In this document: piece by piece, positions 19,033-28,560 of the stretch
Layout of the letters: each line of letters opens with the position of its first letter
Numbering within the stretch: the stretch's first letter is position 1
Assembly (NCBI GenBank): GCA_902602575.1
Contig: CACKRX010000001.1
Coordinates: 1-42,828 of the forward strand
Origin: an uncultured Pelagibacteraceae bacterium
GTDB taxonomy: Bacteria > Pseudomonadota > Alphaproteobacteria > Pelagibacterales > Pelagibacteraceae
Direction of reading: 5' to 3'
DNA: 42,828 nucleotides
Translations under genes and position numbers: made by a program
The notes under the pieces: model-generated
What the model saw: the letters and a program-made list of their open reading frames with translations, nothing else
Database searches by the model: none
Told to the model about the DNA's origin: nothing

Positions 19033-20409
19033 CTAACTTTTTATAAAAAAATATTTTTTATTATCTTTAAACATATAATTAAAAAAAGTTCCTATAAAAA
19101 ATAATACTGCTAATCCCATTAACCAATTGGTAACTAGTATTGTATAAAAGATATCGCTGTAACCCCCTTCTTTAATATTAATAACGTACCACAAACATAA
19201 AAAAGGAATTGCGGTAAGCCTTAATATACTCAGATACAAACTAAAGATAGGTTTCTTAAGAGCCTGAAATACAGCAGTAGTAATAAAAAAAGTTGGATAT
19301 ATAGGACCGATCAATGCTGCAATCTTTAAATATAAAGATCCAAACTTAATAGTTTCTGGATCATCGGTAATTAACCCAATAAGATTTTCTGCACCGAAAT
19401 ATAAAATAAAGCCAGCCATAATCATAAATGAACAACCAAATATTAATGCTTTTTTATAAAGATCTCTTATCCTTTCAAAATTTCTAGCTCCAAAATTTTG
19501 ACCACCAATTGATAATACTGCCGTATTCAATGCTATGACTGGTAATAAGAATACTTGTTCTATTCTAAGTGCAGCTCCATAACCGGCTGCAGCAATATCT
19601 CCAAATTTTCCTACAAAGTAAAGTACATTAAATATACCAACTCCGATTAACAACATACTAAACATGATTGGTACAGATTGAAAAGTAAGATTACTTAAAA
19701 AGTTAATTTTTGGAATAAAACACTTTGCATATAAATACTCTTTAAGTTTACAACAATAAACTTTTTGCGCTAAATAGATTGTTCCAATAAGTTGGCAAAT
19801 AACTGTAGCAATTGCAATACCTGAAATTCCAAAAGCAGGTATTATCGAAAAACCAAAAATAAAAATTGGATTAAGTATGATGTTTAAAAAAAAAGTAAAT
19901 ATAAGGACGTTTCTGTAACTTTTTGTGTCTCCTTGAGCGTTTAATGTTCCATTTAAAGATATTTGTATCAATACTATTACTGTGCAATAAAAAATTATAT
20001 CTAAATATTCCCTAGTCAAAATAATATTTTCTGGAGATGACCCTAATAATTGAAGAAGATAATTAGATGAGTTAATTCCAATAAATGTGACTAATAGTGA
20101 AATAACTATTGCAAAAATTATTGATTGAGCCACATATAATGAAGCGACTTTTTCTTTTTTTTCACCTATGGAATTTCCGATAAGAGTATTAGTACCAGCT
20201 CCAACACCAACACCTATTGCGATTATAATAAAATAAATTGGAAACGATTTTGCTAGAGCACTTAATGCATCAGGTGATATCTTTCCTGCAAAAAAGGTAT
20301 CAACCAGATTATAAAAAGTTTGAAATAATGATCCAATACTGGCGGGGAATGTAACTCTTCTTAGAAGTTGCCACATTGGATCCGCTGTTAAATTAATTCT
20401 CTTAACCAT
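19033..20409 (-). CDS. MATE family efflux transporter
   Basis: About 12 hydrophobic segments in two halves; YNLVDTFFAG, QGDTK, NIILNP, GQNFGARNF. Confidence 0.9.
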   Translation of the reverse strand: MVKRINLTADPMWQLLRRVTFPASIGSLFQTFYNLVDTFFAGKISPDALSALAKSFPIYFIIIAIGVGVGAGTNTLIGNSIGEKKEKVASLYVAQSIIFAIVISLLVTFIGINSSNYLLQLLGSSPENIILTREYLDIIFYCTVIVLIQISLNGTLNAQGDTKSYRNVLIFTFFLNIILNPIFIFGFSIIPAFGISGIAIATVICQLIGTIYLAQKVYCCKLKEYLYAKCFIPKINFLSNLTFQSVPIMFSMLLIGVGIFNVLYFVGKFGDIAAAGYGAALRIEQVFLLPVIALNTAVLSIGGQNFGARNFERIRDLYKKALIFGCSFMIMAGFILYFGAENLIGLITDDPETIKFGSLYLKIAALIGPIYPTFFITTAVFQALKKPIFSLYLSILRLTAIPFLCLWYVINIKEGGYSDIFYTILVTNWLMGLAVLFFIGTFFNYMFKDNKKYFFIKS

Positions 20410-21312
20410 CTATTTATAAATTTTTTTAAACATGTAATTTTTTTTTTCTTTTTTTGCTTTATCAATTTGACTTTGTCTCATTCTAAATCTTAATTTTTGA
20501 TGTTCGCTTGATTTATTATAACAATTAGGACAAGAAACACCTTCTTCAAAATTTACAGAACTCTTATCTTTATCAGAAATAGGTTCTCTACATCCAGCAC
20601 AAATTGAATATTTACCTTTATTTAACCTATGGTTCACAGAAACACGATTATCAAATACAAAACATTCACCTTTCCATAAGCTTTCTTTTAAGTCGATTTT
20701 TGACAAATAATTAATAATGCCACCTTTTAACTGAAAAACGTTTTTATAACCTTTGTTATATAAATAATCGCTAGCCTTTTCGCATCGAATGCCTCCTGTG
20801 CAAAACATTCCAATTTTCGAATTTTTATTAAATTTTTTAAAATATTTAGAAAAATCTCTAAAGTTATTTAATTTTGGATTTATTGACCTCTTGAAAGTTC
20901 CAATTCTAAACTCAAAATCTTTTCTAGTATCAATTATGTAAGTGTCTTTTTTTAAAACAAAATTATTCCATTCTTTAGGAGAAAGATGATTATATTTAAC
21001 TTTTTTTTTTAATCTTTTTCCAATTGGAACAACTTCCTTTTTAACCTTCACCCTCCCCTTATGAAAAGGAATAAATTTATTAAAAGAAATGTTTTCATTA
21101 TCAAATTTTGTAATGGCAAATATTTTTTTAAGATTTGTTTTTATTTGTTTGGTATTTTCTTTTAGGAAAGAAATTGATCCGTTAATTCCCTCAGGTGAGA
21201 TAATTATAGTTCCTTTAATTTTATAAACATCGATGATATTTTGAAGTTTATCTTTAAGTTTACTGATCTTTTTTAATTGTTTAAATTTATAAAAACCAAA
21301 GATGGTATACAT
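20410..21312 (-). CDS. trhO: Rhodanese-domain UPF0176 protein, tRNA uridine(34) hydroxylase TrhO (YceA)
   Basis: FYKF, EGINGS, KVKKEVV, IDTR..FE..IGTF, MFCTGGIRCEKAS, LKGGI, WKGECFVFDNR, C-terminal CxxC...CxxC. Confidence 0.88.
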   Translation of the reverse strand: MYTIFGFYKFKQLKKISKLKDKLQNIIDVYKIKGTIIISPEGINGSISFLKENTKQIKTNLKKIFAITKFDNENISFNKFIPFHKGRVKVKKEVVPIGKRLKKKVKYNHLSPKEWNNFVLKKDTYIIDTRKDFEFRIGTFKRSINPKLNNFRDFSKYFKKFNKNSKIGMFCTGGIRCEKASDYLYNKGYKNVFQLKGGIINYLSKIDLKESLWKGECFVFDNRVSVNHRLNKGKYSICAGCREPISDKDKSSVNFEEGVSCPNCYNKSSEHQKLRFRMRQSQIDKAKKEKKNYMFKKIYK

Positions 21313-21968
21313 TATAATTTTCTACAAATTGAAAATCCATCACCGATTGGGATAATCATATTTTCAACTCTTGCATCGTTGTTTACATGTGTATTAAAAT
21401 CTCGAATTATCTCAGTTAAGTGTTCTTTATTGTTTTTATCTACAATTTCCCCATGCCACAAGACATTATCAATTATTATAAAGCCATCCTTTTTTAATAA
21501 GTTAAAAGATAATTCATAATATTTTTTGTAATTTTCTTTATCAGCATCAATAAAAATCAAATCAAATAATTTTTTTTGGTTTATTAATTTATTGATACCA
21601 TTGGTGGCTTCATCAATAATTATATCAATTTGTTCTGAAACTTTTGCATTTTCAAAAAAGTTTTTCGCCACTAATGAAGTTTCTTTATTTTTATCAATAG
21701 TGGTGATCTTAGAGTCGTTTTCTAGACCAATGCACATACTTAATGAGCTAAGACCTGTAAAAGTACCAATTTCTAAAATTTTTTTAGGTTTAAACAATTT
21801 TGTTACTAAATATAAAAAATGACATTGGTTAATTGAAATTTGTAATTTCTTTTTTTTTCCAAGTGTGTCGTTATACTTAATAATTTCATTTTGTACTGGA
21901 TGTAATTTTAAAGAGTGCTCATCAATATATTTTTCTATTTGCTTATTAATAGGTAGATTTGAACTCAT
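21312..21968 (-). CDS. SAM-dependent O-methyltransferase (CCoAOMT/TrmR-like, Methyltransf_3)
   Basis: ILEIGTFTGLS, FDLIFIDADKENY, IIDNVLWHG, PIGDG. Confidence 0.9.
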   Translation of the reverse strand: MSSNLPINKQIEKYIDEHSLKLHPVQNEIIKYNDTLGKKKKLQISINQCHFLYLVTKLFKPKKILEIGTFTGLSSLSMCIGLENDSKITTIDKNKETSLVAKNFFENAKVSEQIDIIIDEATNGINKLINQKKLFDLIFIDADKENYKKYYELSFNLLKKDGFIIIDNVLWHGEIVDKNNKEHLTEIIRDFNTHVNNDARVENMIIPIGDGFSICRKL

Positions 21969-21969
21969 G

Positions 21970-23433
21970 CTAGTTCAATTTTTTCTTTAAGATATCATTT
22001 ACTAACTTAGGATTAGCCTTGCCGTCTGTCTTTTTCATAACTTGACCAACAAAAAAACCAAACAATTTATCTTTACCGGATTTGAATAATTCAACATTTT
22101 TAGGGTTTTCTTTAATTACATCATCTACAATTTTTTCAATTTCTTTAGGATCGCTTTGTTGTTTCAATCCCTTCTCGTCAATAATACTTTTTGGATCTTT
22201 ACTTTCGTTTGCCATTATTTCAAAAACTATTTTTGCAATTTTGCCAGAGATAGTTCCATCTTTAATCAAGTTAATTAAAGTTGATAAATTTTTAGATGAG
22301 ATAGGACTTTCTGATATTTCTAAATTTCTATCATTAAGTAATGCAAATAACTCCCCTGTTATCCAGTTTGTTGCTAGCTTAATATCTGAATTTTTAATTA
22401 CATCTTCAAAAAATTTCGATGTTTCAATATCAGAAACCAATATATTTGCCTCGTATGGAGTTAATTTAAACTTATCTACAAATCTTTTTTTCTTTTCATC
22501 AGGCAGTTCAGGTATTTCTTTTTTAATTTTTGATATGAAATCTTCAGTTAATTCAAGGGGTAATAAGTCAGGATCAGGAAAGTATCTATAATCATGAGCA
22601 TCTTCTTTTGACCTCATAGACCTAGTTTCATTTTTTTTTGTATCAAATAAACGAGTTTCTTGGTCAATAGAGCCTCCCCCTTCTAATATGTCAGCCTGAC
22701 GATTTGCTTCATATTCAATTGCCATTTGCATAAACTTTATAGAATTAACGTTTTTAATTTCACATCTTGTACCTAATTTCTTATCCCCTGTCTTTCTGAT
22801 TGAAACATTCACATCAGCTCTTAAAGATCCTTCTTGCATATTTCCATCACAAGTTCCAAGATATCTCATAATTGATCTAAGTTTTTTGATGTACAAGTTT
22901 ACCTCCTCTGGAGATCTTAAGTCTGGTTTGCTTACTATTTCCATAAGAGCAACTCCAGATCTATTTAAGTCTACGAGAGTGTTTTGAGGATCAATGTCGT
23001 GAATACTTTTTCCAGCATCTTGCTCTAAATGCAACCTTTCAATACCAACTTTTTTTTCTCCATCTGGTAAATCTAATAAAATTGAACCTTCACCAACTAT
23101 TGGATCTTTGTATTGAGAAATTTGATATCCTTGTGGTAAATCAGCATAAAAATAGTTTTTCCTATCAAAAATTGATTTTTTATTTATAGCTGCATTAAGA
23201 CCTATGCCCGTTTTTACTGCTTGCTTGATACAAAATTCATTTATTACTGGTAGCATTCCAGGAAATGCAGCATCTACCAAACTCACTTGGGTATTAGGTT
23301 CAGCACCAAAGTTTGTAGGAGAGTCAGAAAATAGTTTCGATTTTGAAAGAACTTGAGCATGAACTTCTAAACCAATTATAACTTCGTATTCTGAGTTACC
23401 TCTCTTTATTAAATATTCTTTATTTTTACTCAT
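21970..23433 (-). CDS. gatB: Asp/Glu-tRNA amidotransferase subunit B
   Basis: [52 protein letters not shown]. Confidence 0.98.
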   Translation of the reverse strand: MSKNKEYLIKRGNSEYEVIIGLEVHAQVLSKSKLFSDSPTNFGAEPNTQVSLVDAAFPGMLPVINEFCIKQAVKTGIGLNAAINKKSIFDRKNYFYADLPQGYQISQYKDPIVGEGSILLDLPDGEKKVGIERLHLEQDAGKSIHDIDPQNTLVDLNRSGVALMEIVSKPDLRSPEEVNLYIKKLRSIMRYLGTCDGNMQEGSLRADVNVSIRKTGDKKLGTRCEIKNVNSIKFMQMAIEYEANRQADILEGGGSIDQETRLFDTKKNETRSMRSKEDAHDYRYFPDPDLLPLELTEDFISKIKKEIPELPDEKKKRFVDKFKLTPYEANILVSDIETSKFFEDVIKNSDIKLATNWITGELFALLNDRNLEISESPISSKNLSTLINLIKDGTISGKIAKIVFEIMANESKDPKSIIDEKGLKQQSDPKEIEKIVDDVIKENPKNVELFKSGKDKLFGFFVGQVMKKTDGKANPKLVNDILKKKLN

Positions 23434-24887
23434 TTAATCCACCAATCCTGCAAATTGTTTTTAAAACTTAATTCTTTTTCCATTGAATATGAAATATCTA
23501 ATAAATTCTGCTCTTCAAATGCTTTACCTATTAGTTGTAAGCCTAAAGGATAATTATTTTTATCTTTACCTACTGGAATGGATATAGCTGGAAGTCCTGA
23601 CAAATTGACTGGTACTGTAAAGATATCATTAAGATACATTGATACAGGATCATCTGTTTTGTCACCAATCTTGAAGGCTGAGCTAGGTGTGGAAGGAGTT
23701 AAAATTGCATCCACAGATTTATAAGCTTCATCAAAATCATTTTTGATTAATCTTCTAATTTTTTGTGCTTTTAAATAATAAGCATCGTAATAACCAGATG
23801 ACAAAACATATGTTCCAATCATTATTCTTCTTTTTACTTCATCACCAAAACCTTCTGATCTTGTATTTTCATACATGCTGATCAAATTTTCTCCCTCAGA
23901 ACGATATCCGTACTTTACTCCATCATACCTAGCTAGGTTAGAAGATGCTTCAGCTGGCGCTACTATATAATAAGCGGGCAATGCATACTTAGTGTGAGGT
24001 AATGATATATCAATAATTTTAGCACCTAACTTTTTCAATAAAGTAATTCCATCTTGCCATAAACTTTCAATCTCCTTAGGCATGCCATCAACTCTATATT
24101 CTTTTGGAATACCAATTTTTTTTCCTTTAATATTAGAACTTAACGATTTGAAATAATCACCTCTTTTAAAATTTACCGAAGTTGAGTCTTTTGTGTCATA
24201 CTTGCTAATTACATCTAACATTAATGCGGCATCCGAAACATCTTGGGTCATTGGTCCTGCTTGATCTAATGAAGAAGCAAATGCAACAATACCATATCGA
24301 GAACAACTGCCATATGTTGGTTTCAAACCCACAGTGCCAGTAAAAGACGCTGGTTGTCTTATTGAACCACCAGTATCAGTTCCAATAGTTGCTGGTGTCA
24401 ATTTAGCTGCAAGTGCTGAAGCTGATCCACCTGATGACCCACCTGGCACAACTTTTTTTCCAACTGGACTCTCAACATTTCCAAAGAAACTAGTTTCATT
24501 TGATGAACCCATTGCAAATTCATCACAATTAAGTTTTCCAAGTAAAATAGCCCCTTCATCCCATAAATGCTGGGTTACAGTGGACTCATAGCTGGGAATA
24601 AAATTTGAAAGTATTTTACTTCCAGCTGTTGTCTTTAGATTATTGGTACAAAAAAGATCTTTAACTGCGAGAGGTACTCCAGGGAGTTTGTAATTAAAAT
24701 TTCCCTTTTCATCAAATTTTTTGGCTTTTTCAATTGCATTTTCAAAATCGGTAGTGATATATGTATTCAAATCTTTCGATTTTACAGCTCTTTTAATATA
24801 TGCGTTTGTAATTTCTTGTGAAGATAATTCTTTTTTTTTAATTTTATTAATTAAAGCTGATAAAGTAAGATTTATTATATCGCTCAT
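23430..24887 (-). CDS. gatA: Asp/Glu-tRNA amidotransferase subunit A
   Basis: Amidase signature [33 protein letters not shown]; SSNLARYDG. Confidence 0.98.
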   Translation of the reverse strand: MSDIINLTLSALINKIKKKELSSQEITNAYIKRAVKSKDLNTYITTDFENAIEKAKKFDEKGNFNYKLPGVPLAVKDLFCTNNLKTTAGSKILSNFIPSYESTVTQHLWDEGAILLGKLNCDEFAMGSSNETSFFGNVESPVGKKVVPGGSSGGSASALAAKLTPATIGTDTGGSIRQPASFTGTVGLKPTYGSCSRYGIVAFASSLDQAGPMTQDVSDAALMLDVISKYDTKDSTSVNFKRGDYFKSLSSNIKGKKIGIPKEYRVDGMPKEIESLWQDGITLLKKLGAKIIDISLPHTKYALPAYYIVAPAEASSNLARYDGVKYGYRSEGENLISMYENTRSEGFGDEVKRRIMIGTYVLSSGYYDAYYLKAQKIRRLIKNDFDEAYKSVDAILTPSTPSSAFKIGDKTDDPVSMYLNDIFTVPVNLSGLPAISIPVGKDKNNYPLGLQLIGKAFEEQNLLDISYSMEKELSFKNNLQDWWIK

Positions 24888-25171
24888 TCTACAACCTTTG
24901 GTACAACAAAAAAATCTTTATTTTCGTCTGGTGAATTTTTTAGGATTTGTTCTCTAATATTTTTCGTTTTGACTTCATCACCTCTTAATTTCAAGGTTGT
25001 TTCTGCGATTGAAGTCAGGGGGTCAACTTTTTTAGTATCGACTTTATTTAGCGCCTCGATAAATTCAAAAATAGAATTTAGATCTTTTTCCAGTTCTTTT
25101 GCTTTTTTATCATCTATGGAAATTCTTGATAATTTTGCTATATGTTTAATTGTTTTAAGATCTATGCTCAT
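24884..25171 (-). CDS. gatC: Asp/Glu-tRNA amidotransferase subunit C
   Basis: IKHIAKLSRI...FFVVPKVVE; directly upstream of gatA. Confidence 0.95.
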   Translation of the reverse strand: MSIDLKTIKHIAKLSRISIDDKKAKELEKDLNSIFEFIEALNKVDTKKVDPLTSIAETTLKLRGDEVKTKNIREQILKNSPDENKDFFVVPKVVE

Positions 25172-25221
25172 ATGATAATTAAATTTAAAGGAAAAATATC
25201 ATTATATAAGAAAAAAACAAT

Positions 25222-25677
25222 ATGATCACTTTAAAGGAACTCAAGTCTAAAATTGATAAAAACGCAAGGTTAATTGGTTTAGATCTTGGAAAAAAGAGAA
25301 TTGGTGTTTCAATCTGTGATCATAAACGAATTATAGCGACTCCTTTTAAAACTATAGAATATGTTGATCATGAAAATTTTATCACTGAACTATTAGAAAT
25401 AATTGATCAAGAAAATATAAAGGCTATTGTTATAGGAAATCCATTGAATATGGATGGAAGCAAAGGCCCCTCCTCTCAATCAGCTTTAGACAAAGCTAAG
25501 ATGATTGAGATTAAAACAAATACACCTGTAGTTTTATGGGATGAGAGATTATCAACTGTCGGTGCCTTTAAAATATCAAGTCAATTAGACATTAATGTAT
25601 CTAAAAGAGTTCAAAAAATAGATGCAAATGCAGCAACGTTTATATTGCAGGGAGCGATTGAATTCTTAAATAATTAA
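25222..25677 (+). CDS. ruvX: YqgF/RuvX pre-16S rRNA nuclease
   Basis: [39 protein letters not shown]. Confidence 0.94.
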   Translation: MITLKELKSKIDKNARLIGLDLGKKRIGVSICDHKRIIATPFKTIEYVDHENFITELLEIIDQENIKAIVIGNPLNMDGSKGPSSQSALDKAKMIEIKTNTPVVLWDERLSTVGAFKISSQLDINVSKRVQKIDANAATFILQGAIEFLNN

Positions 25678-25718
25678 GCTTGCAATATCAATGCTTTAAA
25701 GCTATAGAGTTGGTTTTA

Positions 25719-26660
25719 ATGGCCATAAACAATAACGCTATTAAAATTTCTCAAAAACACCTACTAGGTATCCAAGATCTTTCTATTTCAGATGTAAAAC
25801 TTATCTTAGATGAAGCGAAAAAATTTATTTCACTTAATAAAAGTAAAAACAAAAAGTTAGATATTCTAAGGGGAAAAACTCAAATAAATCTTTTTTTTGA
25901 ACCTTCGACGAGAACCCAAAGTTCTTTTGAACTAGCTGGAAAGAGACTTGGTGCAGATGTGATGTCGATGAATATAACTAATTCTGCTATTAAAAAAGGT
26001 GAAACATTAATCGACACTGCAATGACCCTAAATGCAATGCATCCAGATATAATTGTAGTAAGACATCAAGATAGCGGTGCATCAAATCTTCTTTCTCAGA
26101 AAGTAAATTGTTCAGTTTTAAATGCTGGTGATGGTAGACGTGAACATCCAACACAAGCTTTATTAGATGCGCTTACAATAATTGAAAAAAAGAAAAAAAT
26201 TGAAGGTTTGCGAATTGCTATTTGTGGGGACATTTTACACTCAAGAGTAGCTAGATCAAATATTTTTTTGTTAAACATGTTAGGCGCTGAGGTCAATATA
26301 GTTGCCCCAACAAATCTCATGCCAAAAGATATTGAAAAATTTGGAGTAAAAACATTTTCAAACATGAAAGAAGGTGTGAAAGATTGTGATATAGTTATGA
26401 TGTTAAGGTTGCAAAATGAGAGGATGAGCAGTTCATTTTTGTCATCAAATAGAGAATATTATGAGTACTATGGCTTAACTCCTGACAAACTAGAAAAAGC
26501 GAAGAAAGATGCAATAATTATGCATCCTGGGCCGATGAATAGAGGTATTGAAATTGATACCAAACTTGCTGACGATATAAATAAAAGTGTAATCAAAGAA
26601 CAGGTTGAGTTAGGTGTTGCGGTAAGAATGGCCTGTTTAAAAATTTTTTGTGAAAAATGA
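25719..26660 (+). CDS. pyrB: Aspartate carbamoyltransferase catalytic subunit
   Basis: [55 protein letters not shown] at 25719 preferred over TTG at 25680. Confidence 0.97.
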   Translation: MAINNNAIKISQKHLLGIQDLSISDVKLILDEAKKFISLNKSKNKKLDILRGKTQINLFFEPSTRTQSSFELAGKRLGADVMSMNITNSAIKKGETLIDTAMTLNAMHPDIIVVRHQDSGASNLLSQKVNCSVLNAGDGRREHPTQALLDALTIIEKKKKIEGLRIAICGDILHSRVARSNIFLLNMLGAEVNIVAPTNLMPKDIEKFGVKTFSNMKEGVKDCDIVMMLRLQNERMSSSFLSSNREYYEYYGLTPDKLEKAKKDAIIMHPGPMNRGIEIDTKLADDINKSVIKEQVELGVAVRMACLKIFCEK

Positions 26661-27943
26661 AGAAACAATATTTTTTAAATGCAAACATAGTTGATCCAGC
26701 TAATACTGTAGAGGAATTAGGTGGTTTAATTATTAATGAGAATGGAAAAATTGAGGCGATAGGAAAAAAAGTAAATAAAAATAATATTCCCTCACGTGAA
26801 AAATTCATAGATCTCAAAGAAAAATATATATTTCCCGGTTTAATCGATATGAGGGTTTTTGTTGGGGAGCCAGGCTTTGAATATAAAGAGAATTTTAAAA
26901 CATTAAGTAATGCCGCCTTAGCAGGTGGAGTTACATCTGTTGTTACAATGCCAAATACTTCACCTGTTATTGATAACGTCTCCATGGTTGATTTTTTAAA
27001 AAGGAGAGGACGAGATAAATCAAAAATAAATATATATCCAACAGCTACCTTAACTAAAAATCTTGAAGGTAATAATATGAATGAGTTCGGCCTTTTACAA
27101 AAAAAAGGAATAATTGGCTTTACTGATGGAATTAAAACAATTCAAAACACAAGAGTAATGTCTAGAATAATGAAATCTGCTTACGATTTGAACTCTTTAA
27201 TCATACAACATGCTGAAGATTTCGAATTAGCAAGAAACGGCCAGGTTAATGATGGGATTATCGCAACAAAGTTAGGTCTACACGGAATACCAGATTATGC
27301 AGAGAAAATAATTATTGAAAGAGACTTAAGTTTACTTCAGGATTATAATTGCAGATATCATATTTCACAAATATCCTCAGCAAAATCTTTAGAAGTAATC
27401 AAACGTAGTAAGGATAACGTAAACTTTACAACTGGAGTTTCTATTAATAATTTATCGCTCAATGAAAATGATATTGGAGATTTTAGAACTTTTTTAAAAC
27501 TTTCGCCACCGCTTCGAACAGAGGATGATAGACTTTCATTAATAAAAGGTATTAATCAGGATTTAATTGAAGTCATAGTTTCAGATCACAAACCTGAAGA
27601 TGAAGAGTCGAAAAGATTAACATTCTCACAAGCTGCAACCGGGGCATCAGGAATAGAAACTTTGTTATCTCTGGCGTTAGAGTTATTTCACAATGAGTCA
27701 GTAAAACTATCTAAAATAATTCAGTGTTTAACAAGTAATCCTGCAAAAATATTAAAGATAGATAGGGGAAGTTTATCTATAGGAAAAGATGCTGACTTCT
27801 GTATAGTTGATTTATTTAAACCGTGGATAGTAAAAAAAGAGAATATGATCAGTAAATCTAAAAATACATGCATCGAGGATAAAAAAATTCAAGGTAAAGT
27901 GCTTAATACATATATTAAAGGCGTAGAACTATATAAATGCTAA
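26657..27943 (+). CDS. pyrC: Dihydroorotase-family protein, probably the inactive ATCase-associated PyrC'
   Basis: [38 protein letters not shown]. The Zn-binding HxH is replaced by RVF. Confidence 0.85.
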   Translation: MKKQYFLNANIVDPANTVEELGGLIINENGKIEAIGKKVNKNNIPSREKFIDLKEKYIFPGLIDMRVFVGEPGFEYKENFKTLSNAALAGGVTSVVTMPNTSPVIDNVSMVDFLKRRGRDKSKINIYPTATLTKNLEGNNMNEFGLLQKKGIIGFTDGIKTIQNTRVMSRIMKSAYDLNSLIIQHAEDFELARNGQVNDGIIATKLGLHGIPDYAEKIIIERDLSLLQDYNCRYHISQISSAKSLEVIKRSKDNVNFTTGVSINNLSLNENDIGDFRTFLKLSPPLRTEDDRLSLIKGINQDLIEVIVSDHKPEDEESKRLTFSQAATGASGIETLLSLALELFHNESVKLSKIIQCLTSNPAKILKIDRGSLSIGKDADFCIVDLFKPWIVKKENMISKSKNTCIEDKKIQGKVLNTYIKGVELYKC

Positions 27944-28524
27944 ATATTGAGTTATTTTTGATTATATTAATAAGTTATTTATTTGGATCCATACCCTTTG
28001 GATTACTTTTAACTAAAACTTTTTTAAAAAAAGACATCCGTGAAATAGGATCTGGTAATATTGGTGCAACAAATGTATTAAGAGCTGGTAACAAAATTTT
28101 AGGTTACTCAACTTTAGTTCTCGATATATTAAAAGCTGTTCTTCCAATCTTATATATAAAATTTTTCATGAACGATTATTTATATATATCTGCATTATCA
28201 ATTTTTATAGGACATGTCTTCCCTGTTTGGTTAAAATTTAAAGGTGGCAAAGGTGTTGCATCTTATCTTGGAATTCTTTGTTGTTTAGATATTTTTACTG
28301 CTTTAATTTTTGGAATTGTCTGGATTTCTATTTTTGTACTTTTTAAATATTCATCATTAAGTTCTTTGCTTGCAAGTTTAACAATTCCAATTTTTCACTT
28401 TTTTTATAATTCTAATTCTGACTACTATTTTTACTTTATGATGTTCATTTTGATTTTTTTCACGCATAGAGAAAATATAAAACGCTTGAGAAATAATACA
28501 GAATCTAAATCAAAAATTTATTAA
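27937..28524 (+). CDS. plsY: Glycerol-3-phosphate acyltransferase PlsY
   Basis: YLFGSIP, GSGNIGATN, GHVFP, FKGGKGVA, HRENIKRL. Confidence 0.96.
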   Translation: MLNIELFLIILISYLFGSIPFGLLLTKTFLKKDIREIGSGNIGATNVLRAGNKILGYSTLVLDILKAVLPILYIKFFMNDYLYISALSIFIGHVFPVWLKFKGGKGVASYLGILCCLDIFTALIFGIVWISIFVLFKYSSLSSLLASLTIPIFHFFYNSNSDYYFYFMMFILIFFTHRENIKRLRNNTESKSKIY

Positions 28525-28560
28525 TTTGACTATCAATCTTATTTATGATTTTTTGTTTAC

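Noticed and set aside
28526-28549. topA promoter TTGACT ... TATGAT
   Set aside because: The two hexamers are 12 nt apart, incompatible with sigma70 spacing; TATGAT alone may be a real -10 but cannot be supported.
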